From Candidatus Latescibacterota bacterium (GTDB taxonomy: Bacteria; Latescibacterota; UBA2968), in assembly GCA_965198115.1 (NCBI GenBank), contig OZ240241.1, positions 6,208,001-6,272,000 of the forward strand: a stretch of DNA of 64,000 nt, read 5' to 3'. The notes under the pieces were generated by a model, which saw only the letters and a list, made by a program, of their open reading frames with translations, ran no database searches and was not told the origin of the DNA. Within the stretch, counting starts at the first letter, position 1, and each line of letters opens with the position of its first letter. Shown in pieces: positions 40,422-50,761 of the stretch. Made by a program: the position numbers and the translations under genes.

Positions 40422-40425
40422 CTAG
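39337..40425 (+). CDS. IS630-family transposase (intact)
   Basis: DEKSQIQAL, ADNYGTHK, SWLNQVEIWF; stop codon supplied by the flanking CTAG. Confidence 0.95.
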   Translation: MARGRPLQPLNISDEVRDQLQSLSGSRSMPHALVRRAKIVLLSDGGLTNQEIAERVGLSGASVGKWRRRFCEQGLMGLYDELRPGGPRSVSDEEISSLIYKTLKKKPKSATHWTCRAMADETGLSKSTVQRVWRAFGLQPHRQKHFKLSNDPFFVETVRDIVGLYLNPPDNAMVLCIDEKSQIQALERTQPILPLGLGYVEGVTHSYTRHGTTTLFAALNIASGKVLTQCKPRHRNREFLQFLKHIDKNVPKDLDIHLVADNYGTHKHQNVKRWLTSRKRYHVHYTPTYASWLNQVEIWFGIITQRAIRRGTFRNVKDLITCIQKFTDQYNQNSKPFVWTATADSILDKLNRLLKLIRGTRH

Positions 40426-40749
40426 GAAGGATTGACTAATTACGTTGTCGCAGAGCCGGAGATGGGCCGTGCCGTGCCCTTTGGTGACGGGTTCATCGAC
40501 TATGACGCGTTCTTCACGGGGCTGAAAGAGGGTGGGTTCGAGGGCATCGCGACGTTCGAGATGTGTTCTCAACTCCGTGGTGGAGGGGACCTCGAGAACC
40601 TCGATTTTTGTGCGAAAAGATACCTGACGTGGATGGATGAGAGAGGGTTTTGAGAAGAACGGATGCATTGACCAGTGACAAAAGACGGCGGTGATGGCCT
40701 TGGCAAACTCTTCGTCTGAGATGAACGGGACCTGGTTTGACTGGCCTTA

Positions 40750-42011
40750 GTACTCCTGTTCTCAAATACGGTGACGTATTCTAAGCAGACTTTGCCAAGG
40801 GCGTATCGTAGAACCTGAGTTTGTCGATCATCTCCGCGAGATCTGTTCGTGTGAACTTCCATTTGAAGGGTGTGGCGATACGTCCGTAGCGTTCCTGAAA
40901 ACCGAGGATTCTTGCCTCAAGCTCTTCGAGCGATGCAAATTCGATAGGTGTCAGAGCCTTGCGTTTGAGGATCGAGAAGTAGATCTCGATCTGATTGAGC
41001 CAGCTTGCGTGGATCGGAAGGTGAACGGGGTGGATGTTTGGCCACTTCCCCTGGATACGGTCGATGCATGTTTGCCCTCGGTGCGAGGAGCCATTATCCA
41101 CGATGAGGTAGACTTTCTTTGCCGAGCAATAGGGTTTCCGGCTCATGATCAGGCTCAGGAGCCGGTTGAAGGGCTCGATACCCGAAGAAGACTCACAGAG
41201 ACCGAAGATTCGACCATTGTGCACGTCGAGAGCAGCCAGATAGGCCAGGGCTCCTTTCCGCTCGTATTCGTGTTTCAACGCGTGCCGCTCTGTTCGAGGC
41301 TGGCGGTAGGGTAACGTGCTTGCGAGCTCGTGCTTGAATACTGGTCTTTTCGTCGGCAGAAAGTACATATTCCCTCGGCCCTAAAGGCTTTCCTTGCCAT
41401 TGGCGGTGATACAGATCAAGGACTCTACCTGCTTTGGTTTGGAAGTCCGGGTCCCGTGGGAAAATCCAGGAGCGATGATACCAAGGACGAATCGCGTCCT
41501 CGTTCAACCAGCGCCAGACAGTGGCGCCGCTGATCTTGGCAACGAAGCCCCTTTGCACTGCCTCGGCGGCAATCTCGGAACAGCTGAACCGCGAGAGCGG
41601 TATCCCGCTCTCGCTCGGTAGTTCACACGCCAGCGCCTTGATCTGAACGACCACCTGAGGGGGGAAAACCGGGCGGGCGCCCGGGACGAGATCTATCTTC
41701 GAGTCCCGAAAGACGCTCTTCGAAAAAGCGCTTACGCCATTTGCTTACGATCGGACGAGGGACATCCAACCGTTGGGCGATAATCTTGTTGGATAATCCC
41801 TCGGCGGCGAGAAGCACGATTTTCGATCGGATCACTTGATAATACGGTAACGTATATTGTCCAGCCATTCGCTCGAGGTCGACCCGTTCCTTCTCAGACA
41901 GTAGCACCACATAAGGCGAACGTCTTGGCATTGTTCTCCTCCTTTTGAAGGAGAACATAAGCTACAAATAATGTTCAGGACATACGTAATAATATTTATG
42001 AAACCATGTAC
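40750..42011 (-). mobile_element. IS630-family element type B, copy 2 (1262 bp)
   Basis: GTAC termini with TTA on both sides (40747-40749, 42012-42014); same three-frame transposase as 16301-17562. Confidence 0.93.
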
Positions 42012-42113
42012 TTAGAGTGAGGCTTACTTTCTTGCACGTCGTAAACACATTGTTCGGGCTACAATCAATCGAATGACCGGATCGTGTCGATCTGGTCGGG
42101 AGCCGCGAAGACG

Positions 42114-42893
42114 ATGACGCATCTTCAAGCCGCCCTGCTGGGCATTGTTCAGGGGTTGACAGAGTTTCTGCCGGTCAGCAGCTCGGGCCACCTCGTGTTG
42201 GGCCAGGCTCTCCTCGGGATCAATGCCGGCGATGTGACTTTCGAAGTAATCGTGCATTTCGGCACGCTGCTGGCCGTAGTGACAGTGCTGCGTCGACGGA
42301 TACGTGACCTGCTGGTGGGTCTGTTTCGAAGAGACCGCACCGCCCTGGTGATGGTTGGTCTGATTGCCCTTGGTTCGGTTCCAGCCGTGGTCGTGGGTCT
42401 GGTGTTCGAGGACAGGATTACGGCTGCCTTTGCGAGTCCTTTTACAGTCTCGATCATGCTGATCGTGACGGGGTGTGTGCTGTTCAGCACGAGAAATCTT
42501 CTGGGTGAGAGAATGGTCGATACGGTCTGGGCAGGGATTGTGATCGGGATCGCACAGGCCGCGGCGATTGTGCCGGGGATCTCTCGGTCCGGTATGACGA
42601 TCTCTGCCGGTCTCTGGTGTAAGGCGGATGCCGGAGAGGCTGCGACGTTTTCCTTCCTTCTGGCGATTCCCATCATTGCCGGTGCAACAGCGCTGAAGGT
42701 GGGTGGGCTCGTTGCGGGGGGACCGGGAACGGAATTCTGGTCGGTGTTGCTGGTCGGGGCGGCGACAGCCTTCGCGTCGGGCGTGTTGTCGATTCGTTGG
42801 CTGCTGTCGATCGTGGCTCGGGGTGAGCTTTCCCGGTTCGCCTATTACTGTTGGGCTGTCGGTATTGCCGGAACAGTCGTTTTCTGGTCTTGA
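42114..42893 (+). CDS. uppP: Undecaprenyl-diphosphate phosphatase (BacA)
   Basis: QGLTEFLPVSSSGHL and PGISRSGMT signatures. Confidence 0.95.
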   Translation: MTHLQAALLGIVQGLTEFLPVSSSGHLVLGQALLGINAGDVTFEVIVHFGTLLAVVTVLRRRIRDLLVGLFRRDRTALVMVGLIALGSVPAVVVGLVFEDRITAAFASPFTVSIMLIVTGCVLFSTRNLLGERMVDTVWAGIVIGIAQAAAIVPGISRSGMTISAGLWCKADAGEAATFSFLLAIPIIAGATALKVGGLVAGGPGTEFWSVLLVGAATAFASGVLSIRWLLSIVARGELSRFAYYCWAVGIAGTVVFWS

Positions 42894-43128
42894 TTGATCA
42901 ACAGTTCATCCTTCCGCCGGTATCTGGTCTCTTTACAGAATTCATCCGTGATGGTGTGTTTGCGGACTAGCAACCCTAGGAGGTGGAAGGAACACTGAGG
43001 CCGCCTGTCGCCTTCCCCTCGGCGCCATTCTGTGGCCGACGCGAGCCTGCTAGGGTCCACAAGTCCACGCAACAGAGTATCCACGCCACCTCTTGGAAAT
43101 CCCTCACATCGGAAGATCGGTTTTCCCG

Positions 43129-44085
43129 TTAGAACCAGTTTGCCTTGTCGACGACGTTTCGTAGCGTTTTGCCGGCGGCGAACCGTCTGGCGTTATCGAT
43201 GAACAGCTCCTGTCTACGCGTTTCGACAGATGCGGCGTCTTTGACGGCGATATGTGGCGTGAGGATGGCGTTCGGCTTTGCCCAGAGCGGATGGCCTTCG
43301 GGGAGGGGCTCGATTTCGTAGACGTCGAGCGCGCAGCCGGCGATCTGGCCGGTCTCGAGGGCCAGGTCGAGGTCCTGGAGTTTCGTCGTGGCGCCGCGTC
43401 CGATGTTGATGAAGAAGGCAGATGGCTTCATCAGCGCGAATCGATCGGCATTCCACATTCCTTCCGTCTCCGGTGTGTGCGGCGTTGCGACGATGACGAA
43501 GTCCGCTCTCGGTAAGAGAGTGTCGAGTTCGGACGGGTCGTGACGCTCGACGTTCGGCGTTTCGTGCTCCCAGCGCGCGTCGACGCCGAGCACCTCGGTC
43601 CTGAGCAATCGCGCGACTTCGTGGCCGATACCGCCGACACCAACGATGAGTGCGGTCGCCTCCGAGAGCTCGAAATAAGGGGTCGAGCGCGCGTCCTTAT
43701 CCCATTGTCCTGCCCGCTGAGCATCTACGTAGGCCGGAAGACCGCGGGCGAGTGCCAGGACATACATCAGAATGTGTTGGGCGATGTGGTCGTTGAATAC
43801 GCCGCGCGGGTTGGTGACGACGGCCGGATGCTCGATGAGTTCTGGATAGTAGTAGCCGGCTGCGGGTCCGGCCTGGGCACTCTGGATCCAGCGCAGCTGC
43901 CCGGCGACGGCCAGCGCGTCCGGTGGGACGACGCCATAGGCTGCATCGGCATCGACGATCTCACGGCGTGCGTCTTCGTCGGTCCCGGGCAGGACGATGT
44001 CGTAGTCAGGCAACTGGCCGCTCAGGATCGATTGCAACGCGCGGCTTCGGTCATCTTGCGGGGGCATCAGGAGGAGCTTTGGCAC
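43129..44085 (-). CDS. D-2-hydroxyacid dehydrogenase
   Basis: GVGGIG, NIGRG, ALDVYEIEPLP, TPH. Confidence 0.92.
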   Translation of the reverse strand: MPKLLLMPPQDDRSRALQSILSGQLPDYDIVLPGTDEDARREIVDADAAYGVVPPDALAVAGQLRWIQSAQAGPAAGYYYPELIEHPAVVTNPRGVFNDHIAQHILMYVLALARGLPAYVDAQRAGQWDKDARSTPYFELSEATALIVGVGGIGHEVARLLRTEVLGVDARWEHETPNVERHDPSELDTLLPRADFVIVATPHTPETEGMWNADRFALMKPSAFFINIGRGATTKLQDLDLALETGQIAGCALDVYEIEPLPEGHPLWAKPNAILTPHIAVKDAASVETRRQELFIDNARRFAAGKTLRNVVDKANWF

Positions 44086-44347
44086 GGGGTATTCCTTTCA
44101 CAATGAAGAACAAGGCTAACCACTGAGGACACGGAGGACACGGAGGGGGAGGTGGACTGGAGAATCGAGGCCCTATCGGGGTTGTTGTCCGGTGGCATCC
44201 CCGGGTGCTGGGGGGAAATGAAAGGCCGGAAGGTCCTGTTGAAAAGGAGTCTGATGGGTGATCGAGAAAGTTTGCATCCTTTTGGGCGATTTGCCGTCTC
44301 CCTTGATGAAGACGTCAATGTCGATACACTCAGATAAGGAGGCGGAA

Positions 44348-44452
44348 ATGTCGTACGAAACGTTGTGGGAAGACCCTGACTTGGATGCGTACTGTGATGA
44401 TGGGTGCTGTGGTGGAGACGGAGGCTGCTGCGACGATGACAGTTGTTGCTGA
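44348..44452 (+). CDS. 34-aa Cys/Asp-rich small protein (metallothionein-like)
   Basis: Strong RBS TAAGGAGG; MSYETLWEDPDLDAYCDDGCCGGDGGCCDDDSCC (7 Cys). Confidence 0.6.
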   Translation: MSYETLWEDPDLDAYCDDGCCGGDGGCCDDDSCC

Positions 44453-45059
44453 TCGAGCATTGACGCGCCGGGCGGGGCCCGTGTCGGACCGGATTTCGCA
44501 ATCCGCCGCGGGGGAGGAAGCCGTCTGGCGCGCCGCTCGCTCGGAGCTGGTGGGGTTCGTTCGCCCTCGTGTGAAAGATGACGCTTCTGCCGAGGATATC
44601 GTTCACGATGTCCTCGTGCGGGCGTATACGAGGCGCGATGAACTGCAGCATCCGCACAAGCTGCGCGCGTGGTTGTATCAGATTACGCGGAATGCTCTGG
44701 CCGACCACTACCGTCTTCGTGAAAAGAGACGGTTCGAACCCCTTCGCGACGATCTGCCCGATCCTGGTCCCGATTAGGAATGGTATTCAGAAATCGATCT
44801 GGTTCGATGCCTGCAGCCATTGTTGGATTCCCTGCCGAGTCACTATGCCGAGGCTCTGAGACTCGCGGAGATCGAAGGTCTGACGCAGGCTGAGGTTGCC
44901 CGTCGTCTTGGGTTGTCCCTGCCGGGGGCCAAGTCGCGGATACAGCGGGGACGCAAGATGCTGGCGGAGACGCTTCTGACGTGCTGCCACTTCGAGCTGG
45001 ATCAGCGGGGCGGCGTGATGGCGTTCGAGCGGCGAGAGGATTGTCGCTGCGGGTGTTGA
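44436..45059 (+). CDS. sigZ: SigZ-like ECF sigma factor with an in-frame TAG (44775-44777); start uncertain
   Basis: AEDIVHDV, AWLYQITRN, GAKSRIQRGR, C-terminal LTCCHFELD..G and CRCGC; both halves are in the same frame. Confidence 0.75.
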
Positions 45060-45219
45060 AGTGCAACACGAAGGCGCGAAGAAGAGCAGGGTCGAATGCT
45101 GTGGACGGTAGACAGAGGACAGAAACTACCCTCCTTCGCCGCGTGGCTTCGACGAACAGGTGGCTTCGCCACTAAGCGTTGAGTCGATTTTTTTCGAGAA
45201 GCTCCAGGTGTGAAAGCAG

Positions 45220-45251
45220 GAGGGCCGTCACGGTGTGTGACGGCCCTTTTT
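45220..45251 (+). terminator. Intrinsic terminator
   Basis: AGGGCCGTCAC-loop-GTGACGGCCCT then TTTT. Confidence 0.75.
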
Positions 45252-45276
45252 GTTGGTTGCATTGAGCGAGAAGCGA

Positions 45277-48200
45277 TCAGGCGGTACGGGCGGCAGCCAG
45301 GACGCGGCGGGCGGCTCCGGCGAGATCGTCCATCAGGGAATAGACGGTCGGGAGTAGGATCAGGGTCAGGAGTGTGGAGACAGAAAGGCCGGACACGATG
45401 ACGAGTCCGATGGGGCCCCAAATCCTGGCCTGGCCTTCGGCCGTTCCATACAGCATCGGGATGATCAAGGGCGTCAGACCGAGGATCGTCGTGGAGGCGG
45501 TCATGAGGATCGGGCGGATACGGTCCTGACCCCCCTGCACGATGGCATCGCGTCGATGATATCCCTGTTTGCGATATCGGTTGATGTGATCGATCAGGAC
45601 GATGCCGTTGTTGACGACGATGCCGAAGAGGATGAGCAAGCCGTAGGTCGCGTTCGAGTCGAGGGCCGTGTCGGTCAGGTAGAGGCCCGCGGCGACGCCC
45701 GTGAAAGCGAATGTGATCGCGAACATGATCGTGAACGGGTGAACGTAGGATTCGAACAGCGAAGCCATAATGATGTAGATCAGGATGGCGGCCAAGACGA
45801 GCGTAAAATCGGTCTCGCCGACTTCCTCGGCCATCCGTCTGAAGCGTCGGTCCATCTGCCACTCGTATCCAGATGGCAAGGCGATTTCCTGCATTCGCTT
45901 GGACATCTCCCGTCCGACCGAGAGACGGTCCTTCTGGTCGGTGTTGGCGAAGACCTCGACCGTCGACATCCGGTTCTGGCGCTCGATCGTATCGGGACCT
46001 CTGCGAAGCGCGAAGCTGGCGAGGGAGCCGAGTGAGACCATGTCGCCTTCGTCGGTCTCGAACGTGGCATTGCGAAGCTGGCTCAGCGTGGCACGATCTT
46101 CTTCGCGGAGCTGGACAGTGATGTCGATCTCACCATCTTCCGTTTTGTACTTGCTGCTCCCCCTCGTACCGAGCGACGTGGCGATGTCGGACGCGATCCG
46201 TCGTGGAGAGAGCCCGTAGCGACTCGCGCGTGTCCGGTTGACGCTGACGCGGATTTCCTCGGCGCCACTTTCCAAACTCGTTTCGAGGAGGTGGACGTCC
46301 TCGATGTCCTCCATCCGCCGTCGAATGTCCTCTGCGAGCACCGCGAGGACACTCGCACTGCGGCCCCGAAGTTCGACACCCACGCCCGATGCGGACCCCC
46401 CACGCGACCCTCCCGCCTTGAAACGAATGCCGGGTTCGTCGGTCGGGAGGAGGGCGAGCACTTTCTTTTTCACCTCGTCCGTCGTGAGGGTGCTCTTGTC
46501 GGCTTCTATCAAGTTGAGCGAAATCCGACTTCCCCACCTGTCGCTGAAGCGGGTTCGGACGGATTCGATGTCGAGCGTTTCTTTGATGGGTATAATGATG
46601 TTTTCGATCTTCGTGAAGAGGGCGAGCGTCTTTTCGAGCCCGAAGCTTCGGGGCGTTTCCACAGTAAAGTCGACACGACGTGAAGACTGCCAGCGGAAAG
46701 GCCGCTTCTCGACTTGGGAATAGAGTTCGAAACCCAATCCGAGGACAATGCAGGCGATGGCGACAGTGGTCCATCGGTAGTGAAGGGTCCGTTCGATCAT
46801 GCGCGCGTATAAACCGCGAAGGCTGGATCCCCGAAAGTGCCGCTTGAGCAGGACGGTTACCACAGCCAGCCCCCCGAGTACCCACCACACAACCACGTTG
46901 GTCGCCGCGAGGGCAGACGCTATGGTGGATGACCATTCACGGATCGAGGTCTCCGTCGCTACCCATCCAGCGTCGTAGACGAGATAGGTCAGACTGGCGA
47001 CGGCGGTTGACCCGAGAGCCCACTTGAGACGGCGGTCGCTCTTTCCTGTCCCCTCGCGAAAGGCCCTCGATCCTGCCAATGGAATCAGGGTGAGGGCCAC
47101 ACATAGAGAGGCGACGACAGCGATCACGACCGTGACGGCGAAATCCTGCATCCACATCGATCGACCCGACCCTGCCGTGAAGACGAGGGGAACGAAGACG
47201 CAAACGGTGGTCATTGCCGCAGCGAGGATGGGAATGCCGATTTCGTGGCTGCCTTCGATGGCAGCCGATTCGGCGTCACGACCCTGATCGAAGCGTTTGC
47301 GATAGATGTTCTCGAGTGCGACGACCGCCGGGTCGACGAGCATTCCGATGGAGACCATCAGGCCCATCATCGAGACCATATTCAGCGTGATCGAGGACTC
47401 GAAGAATTGCCGGAGCAGATACATGATGGTGAAGACGGCGAGTGCCGACACGGGTATCGACATTCCGATGACCAGAGTGCTCCGGAAATTGCGCAGGAAC
47501 AGGTAGATGATGGAAATGGCGAGGAAACCGCCCAGCACGGCGGACAGTCCGAGGTCCTGAATACCTTTGGTGACGCGAACGGACTGGTCGCGGCTGAGGT
47601 GAACTTTGAGAAGGTCACGACCGATGTCGTCGTTGATGAGCTCCATCTCGGCTTTTACACGATTGGCCGTTTCGACCAGGTTCGCGGTGGACGACTTTCG
47701 GACTTCGATGGAGACGGCGTTGCGTCCGTCGATGCGCTCGTAGTAGCGCCGTTCGGGATAGTCGTAGGTGACGTCGGCGATGTCGTCCAGGACGAGGTCC
47801 TGCACGATCGGCAGCTGGCGTATCTGGGAAACGGTCTGGAATTCGCCGATCGAACGGACAGCCATCCGGCGTCCACCGTCCCTGACGAAGCCTGCCGAGA
47901 CGTTGATGTTGTTGTTTCGAATCGCCCGGTTGAGCGTGCGGATGTCCAGGTTGTGGGATCGCATCGAACCCTGGTCGACTTGAACGAGCAGGGCCTTGTC
48001 GTCGACTCCTTCGATTTCTACGCTGCCCACGCCCTCGATGCGCTGGAGCCGGGGAAGAATCGTGTGCTTGTAGGCGGTCATCAGCTCCGATTGATCTTCT
48101 CCGAGCCAGGTCATGCGGTAGTCGAGGATCTCCCAGTCATCGGAGCTCCAGCGTCGGGTTTCAATGCGCTCGACATCTTCCGGGAGCTGGGGTCGCACGA

Positions 48201-48540
48201 TGTCGAGTCGGTCACGGACGCGGATGGCCATCAGGTCCATGTCGGTCCCGAAGGCGAATTCCATCCGAACGGAGGAGCGATTGCCGTAGCTGCGGGAGCT
48301 GATCGCTTTGACGCCGGAGAGGGTGGCCATCACTTCTTCGATGGGCCGGCTGATATCCCGCTCGACCTCCTCGGGAGAGGAAGAGGGATAATTCACGCTG
48401 ACATACATCGACGGCCAGTTCAGGTCGGGCGCGTATTCGAGAGGGATTCGGAAGAGGGAGATAAAGCCGAGCACGACGAGGCTCAGGGTGCACATCACCG
48501 TTGTAATCGGCTTTCGGATCGCGTTTTCTGAGAGTTTCAA
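45277..48540 (-). CDS. AcrB/RND-family transporter
   Basis: YPSSSPEEVE, GMLVDPAVVALENI, GIVVNNGIVL, RIRPILMT; start uncertain (48540 or 48561). Confidence 0.92.
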   Translation of the reverse strand: MKLSENAIRKPITTVMCTLSLVVLGFISLFRIPLEYAPDLNWPSMYVSVNYPSSSPEEVERDISRPIEEVMATLSGVKAISSRSYGNRSSVRMEFAFGTDMDLMAIRVRDRLDIVRPQLPEDVERIETRRWSSDDWEILDYRMTWLGEDQSELMTAYKHTILPRLQRIEGVGSVEIEGVDDKALLVQVDQGSMRSHNLDIRTLNRAIRNNNINVSAGFVRDGGRRMAVRSIGEFQTVSQIRQLPIVQDLVLDDIADVTYDYPERRYYERIDGRNAVSIEVRKSSTANLVETANRVKAEMELINDDIGRDLLKVHLSRDQSVRVTKGIQDLGLSAVLGGFLAISIIYLFLRNFRSTLVIGMSIPVSALAVFTIMYLLRQFFESSITLNMVSMMGLMVSIGMLVDPAVVALENIYRKRFDQGRDAESAAIEGSHEIGIPILAAAMTTVCVFVPLVFTAGSGRSMWMQDFAVTVVIAVVASLCVALTLIPLAGSRAFREGTGKSDRRLKWALGSTAVASLTYLVYDAGWVATETSIREWSSTIASALAATNVVVWWVLGGLAVVTVLLKRHFRGSSLRGLYARMIERTLHYRWTTVAIACIVLGLGFELYSQVEKRPFRWQSSRRVDFTVETPRSFGLEKTLALFTKIENIIIPIKETLDIESVRTRFSDRWGSRISLNLIEADKSTLTTDEVKKKVLALLPTDEPGIRFKAGGSRGGSASGVGVELRGRSASVLAVLAEDIRRRMEDIEDVHLLETSLESGAEEIRVSVNRTRASRYGLSPRRIASDIATSLGTRGSSKYKTEDGEIDITVQLREEDRATLSQLRNATFETDEGDMVSLGSLASFALRRGPDTIERQNRMSTVEVFANTDQKDRLSVGREMSKRMQEIALPSGYEWQMDRRFRRMAEEVGETDFTLVLAAILIYIIMASLFESYVHPFTIMFAITFAFTGVAAGLYLTDTALDSNATYGLLILFGIVVNNGIVLIDHINRYRKQGYHRRDAIVQGGQDRIRPILMTASTTILGLTPLIIPMLYGTAEGQARIWGPIGLVIVSGLSVSTLLTLILLPTVYSLMDDLAGAARRVLAAARTA

Positions 48541-48617
48541 GGTTACCCTTTCTGGGTGCAAGTAAAGACTTACTTACAAGATCGGCATGCCCTGTGCGGC
48601 TGTCAACCCCCAATCTG

Positions 48618-49727
48618 TCACTTGAAATGGCCCGAAATGGCCCCAAACTGGTCGTGGCTGGGCCCTGTATAGATCATGATGAAGTCCCGACCCTCGTCGC
48701 TCAGCCATTTATTCGAGAAATTGTAGAACACGTTCTTGTATCCGTGCTGGAGACCGAGATCCCACGCGTTCTGGCAGAGCACCTCGGTCCACGGGCCCCA
48801 GGGCTCGGGTGCGTCGTAGATGCCGAGATGACCGTTTCGGATGTCCCACCGGCTAATCTGCTGCGACATCAGCAGGTATCGTCCGAGACCGCGATTGTAG
48901 CTGACGCTGGACCTCATCAGACCCCGTCCCCGGTCTTCGAAGGCGGGCTGCCTTGCCTCGATGTCGGAAGACCAAGCGGGTCGACCGTCCTTTTCCAGTC
49001 CAGCGAAGTATTCGTAATCGTTCGGACGCTCGATTCTGTTTCGATCGACTCGGATTAGGGTCAGATGACCCGGAATCTGCACTTCCCACCCTTCGTCGAC
49101 GCTCACCTCGGGCGCATACATATAGACGTAGTCGTCACGGGAGCCGGCGTAGTCGCGTCCAAAGTTGCAGAAGGTAGGGGCAAAGAAGCCACGCCTGTTG
49201 GCGAAGAGCTCCCTGGCATAGCGGACGCCCGTGAACCACCACGTCGCGCAATAGTCATCGGATACATAGAGTTCGCTGAAGGCCACGTGCAGGGGATGAC
49301 TATCGCCGATTCGCCAGGCATAGATTTTCCCGTCGATGGCCAGCATCCCGTAGCATTTACCGTTTCCTTTAACGTTGCCGAAACCGGGGGCGTCGAAGAC
49401 CGGATCGGACGGGTGTTCGGAATCCTTGCCCCCGCTGACGTTGCGAACGGTGAAGTCGGGGAAATCGCCTTCGATGCGGCCGAATCCGAATCCGACGCGG
49501 TCGGATCCGTTCTGCTCCTGCATATCGAGTGCGCCGAAGCCGACGCCGTCCCCCCAGCTGACGTACTGATGATCGTCGTCCGCCCAGGTGACGACCCAGT
49601 TGTCGCTGCCGAGACCGTCAGTGCGGATACTGCTGAAGTCGAAAACGACGTCCTGGATGACGGGGTTTTTTTCGAAGTCGGTCGTTGGCCTGAAACGGGC
49701 GTCGATTTCTTGTTCCGTTGAATTCAT
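48618..49727 (-). CDS. Hypothetical protein, DUF4185-like putative beta-propeller
   Basis: GSDNW..TWADD, WGDG.GFG, NFGRDY, YDAPEPWGPW. Confidence 0.65.
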   Translation of the reverse strand: MNSTEQEIDARFRPTTDFEKNPVIQDVVFDFSSIRTDGLGSDNWVVTWADDDHQYVSWGDGVGFGALDMQEQNGSDRVGFGFGRIEGDFPDFTVRNVSGGKDSEHPSDPVFDAPGFGNVKGNGKCYGMLAIDGKIYAWRIGDSHPLHVAFSELYVSDDYCATWWFTGVRYARELFANRRGFFAPTFCNFGRDYAGSRDDYVYMYAPEVSVDEGWEVQIPGHLTLIRVDRNRIERPNDYEYFAGLEKDGRPAWSSDIEARQPAFEDRGRGLMRSSVSYNRGLGRYLLMSQQISRWDIRNGHLGIYDAPEPWGPWTEVLCQNAWDLGLQHGYKNVFYNFSNKWLSDEGRDFIMIYTGPSHDQFGAISGHFK

Positions 49728-49908
49728 TAGGAACCCCGATAACACAAAGACAGGGACCACGGACCACACGGAATACACGGAAGGTGAGTCTGGAGGTTCG
49801 AGGTCCTATTCGGAGAGGGGCTCCCTGTATACCCGAGGAAAGGCAGATACGGGAACCACCTCTCACGTTCGTTCGAGGCAGACTCCTTACACGAAAGAGC
49901 ACACTGTT

Positions 49909-49991
49909 TGTCATCCCGGCAGGTTTGAGGCCGGGATCCATTTTCACCTCACAATATAAATGGACACCGGCCAAGAAGTAACGGGGTGACA
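49909..49991. repeat. Palindromic intergenic repeat, copy 2
   Basis: TGTCATCCCGGCAGGTTTGAGGCCGGGATCCA...TGGACACCGGCC...CGGGGTGACA. Confidence 0.65.
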
Positions 49992-50056
49992 GTGCCTATC
50001 CCGCAGTCAATGATGGCGGTGACTCCTCATCGACAGGACTTAAGGAAGCATCTGCG

Positions 50057-50761
50057 ATGGATCAAGTCGAGCGACTGAGAAAAGGACTCGAATCGGGACG
50101 CGCGAAGGAGCGTCAGCGTGCAATTGGCCGGACAGTTGGGAAACGGGGTGGGGCGGTCGTTCGGCACGTGAATGACTCTCGCGTGATTCCTCATCTGAGG
50201 CGGGCCTTGAAGGACCCGAATCTGTTCGTTCGACGTGCGGCGCTCGCGTTGAGACCCTGGATCGAGGAGCAGCCGGATCTCTTCGAGCACGTGCTGCCGG
50301 AGTACGCGATTCAGGTTTTCGATGGGAACTACACGCACGTGGGTATGCTCGACACGCGAGATGGTGAAATCTGGATTCCGCCTCTTGCTGCACTCGGAGG
50401 ACACGCGGCGATGATGGCCGATAGGAATACCGACCGTTACTTCAAGTTCCAGTTCTACGTGCCGAATCAATCACCGCCGAGGTTGAAGAAGAAGGGAACC
50501 GAGGGCGATGCCCATTTGCTGATCACGTTCATCACGGACTGGTGTTATACTGCGCAGACGCTGATCGAACCGACGGATTCAGCACAGATCGATCGAAATA
50601 TTCGCGAGCAGGAGGGCTACGAGCGGGCGGTGGTGACCTTTTATCGAGATAGCAACCTGCGATTCGGCGTGACGATTCACCGCGAGGTTCACTGCACAGG
50701 ACGGGGACCGACGCACCTGCTCGCGATTGACCGGATTTCACGGAGGGAAACCGAACGTTGA
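50057..50761 (+). CDS. Hypothetical protein with an N-terminal HEAT-like repeat
   Basis: RBS TAAGGA; VIPHLRRALKDPNLFVRRAA. Confidence 0.6.
   Translation: MDQVERLRKGLESGRAKERQRAIGRTVGKRGGAVVRHVNDSRVIPHLRRALKDPNLFVRRAALALRPWIEEQPDLFEHVLPEYAIQVFDGNYTHVGMLDTRDGEIWIPPLAALGGHAAMMADRNTDRYFKFQFYVPNQSPPRLKKKGTEGDAHLLITFITDWCYTAQTLIEPTDSAQIDRNIREQEGYERAVVTFYRDSNLRFGVTIHREVHCTGRGPTHLLAIDRISRRETER

Larger units (their letters stand above)
35877..40653 (+). pseudogene. Sugar phosphate isomerase/epimerase (xylose isomerase-like TIM barrel) split by a nested IS cluster
   Basis: 35877-36532 (QNHHD, GFDAW, YVRLPRFHY) continues at 40426 (EGLTNY...AVPFGDGFIDY...FEMC). Confidence 0.88.
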
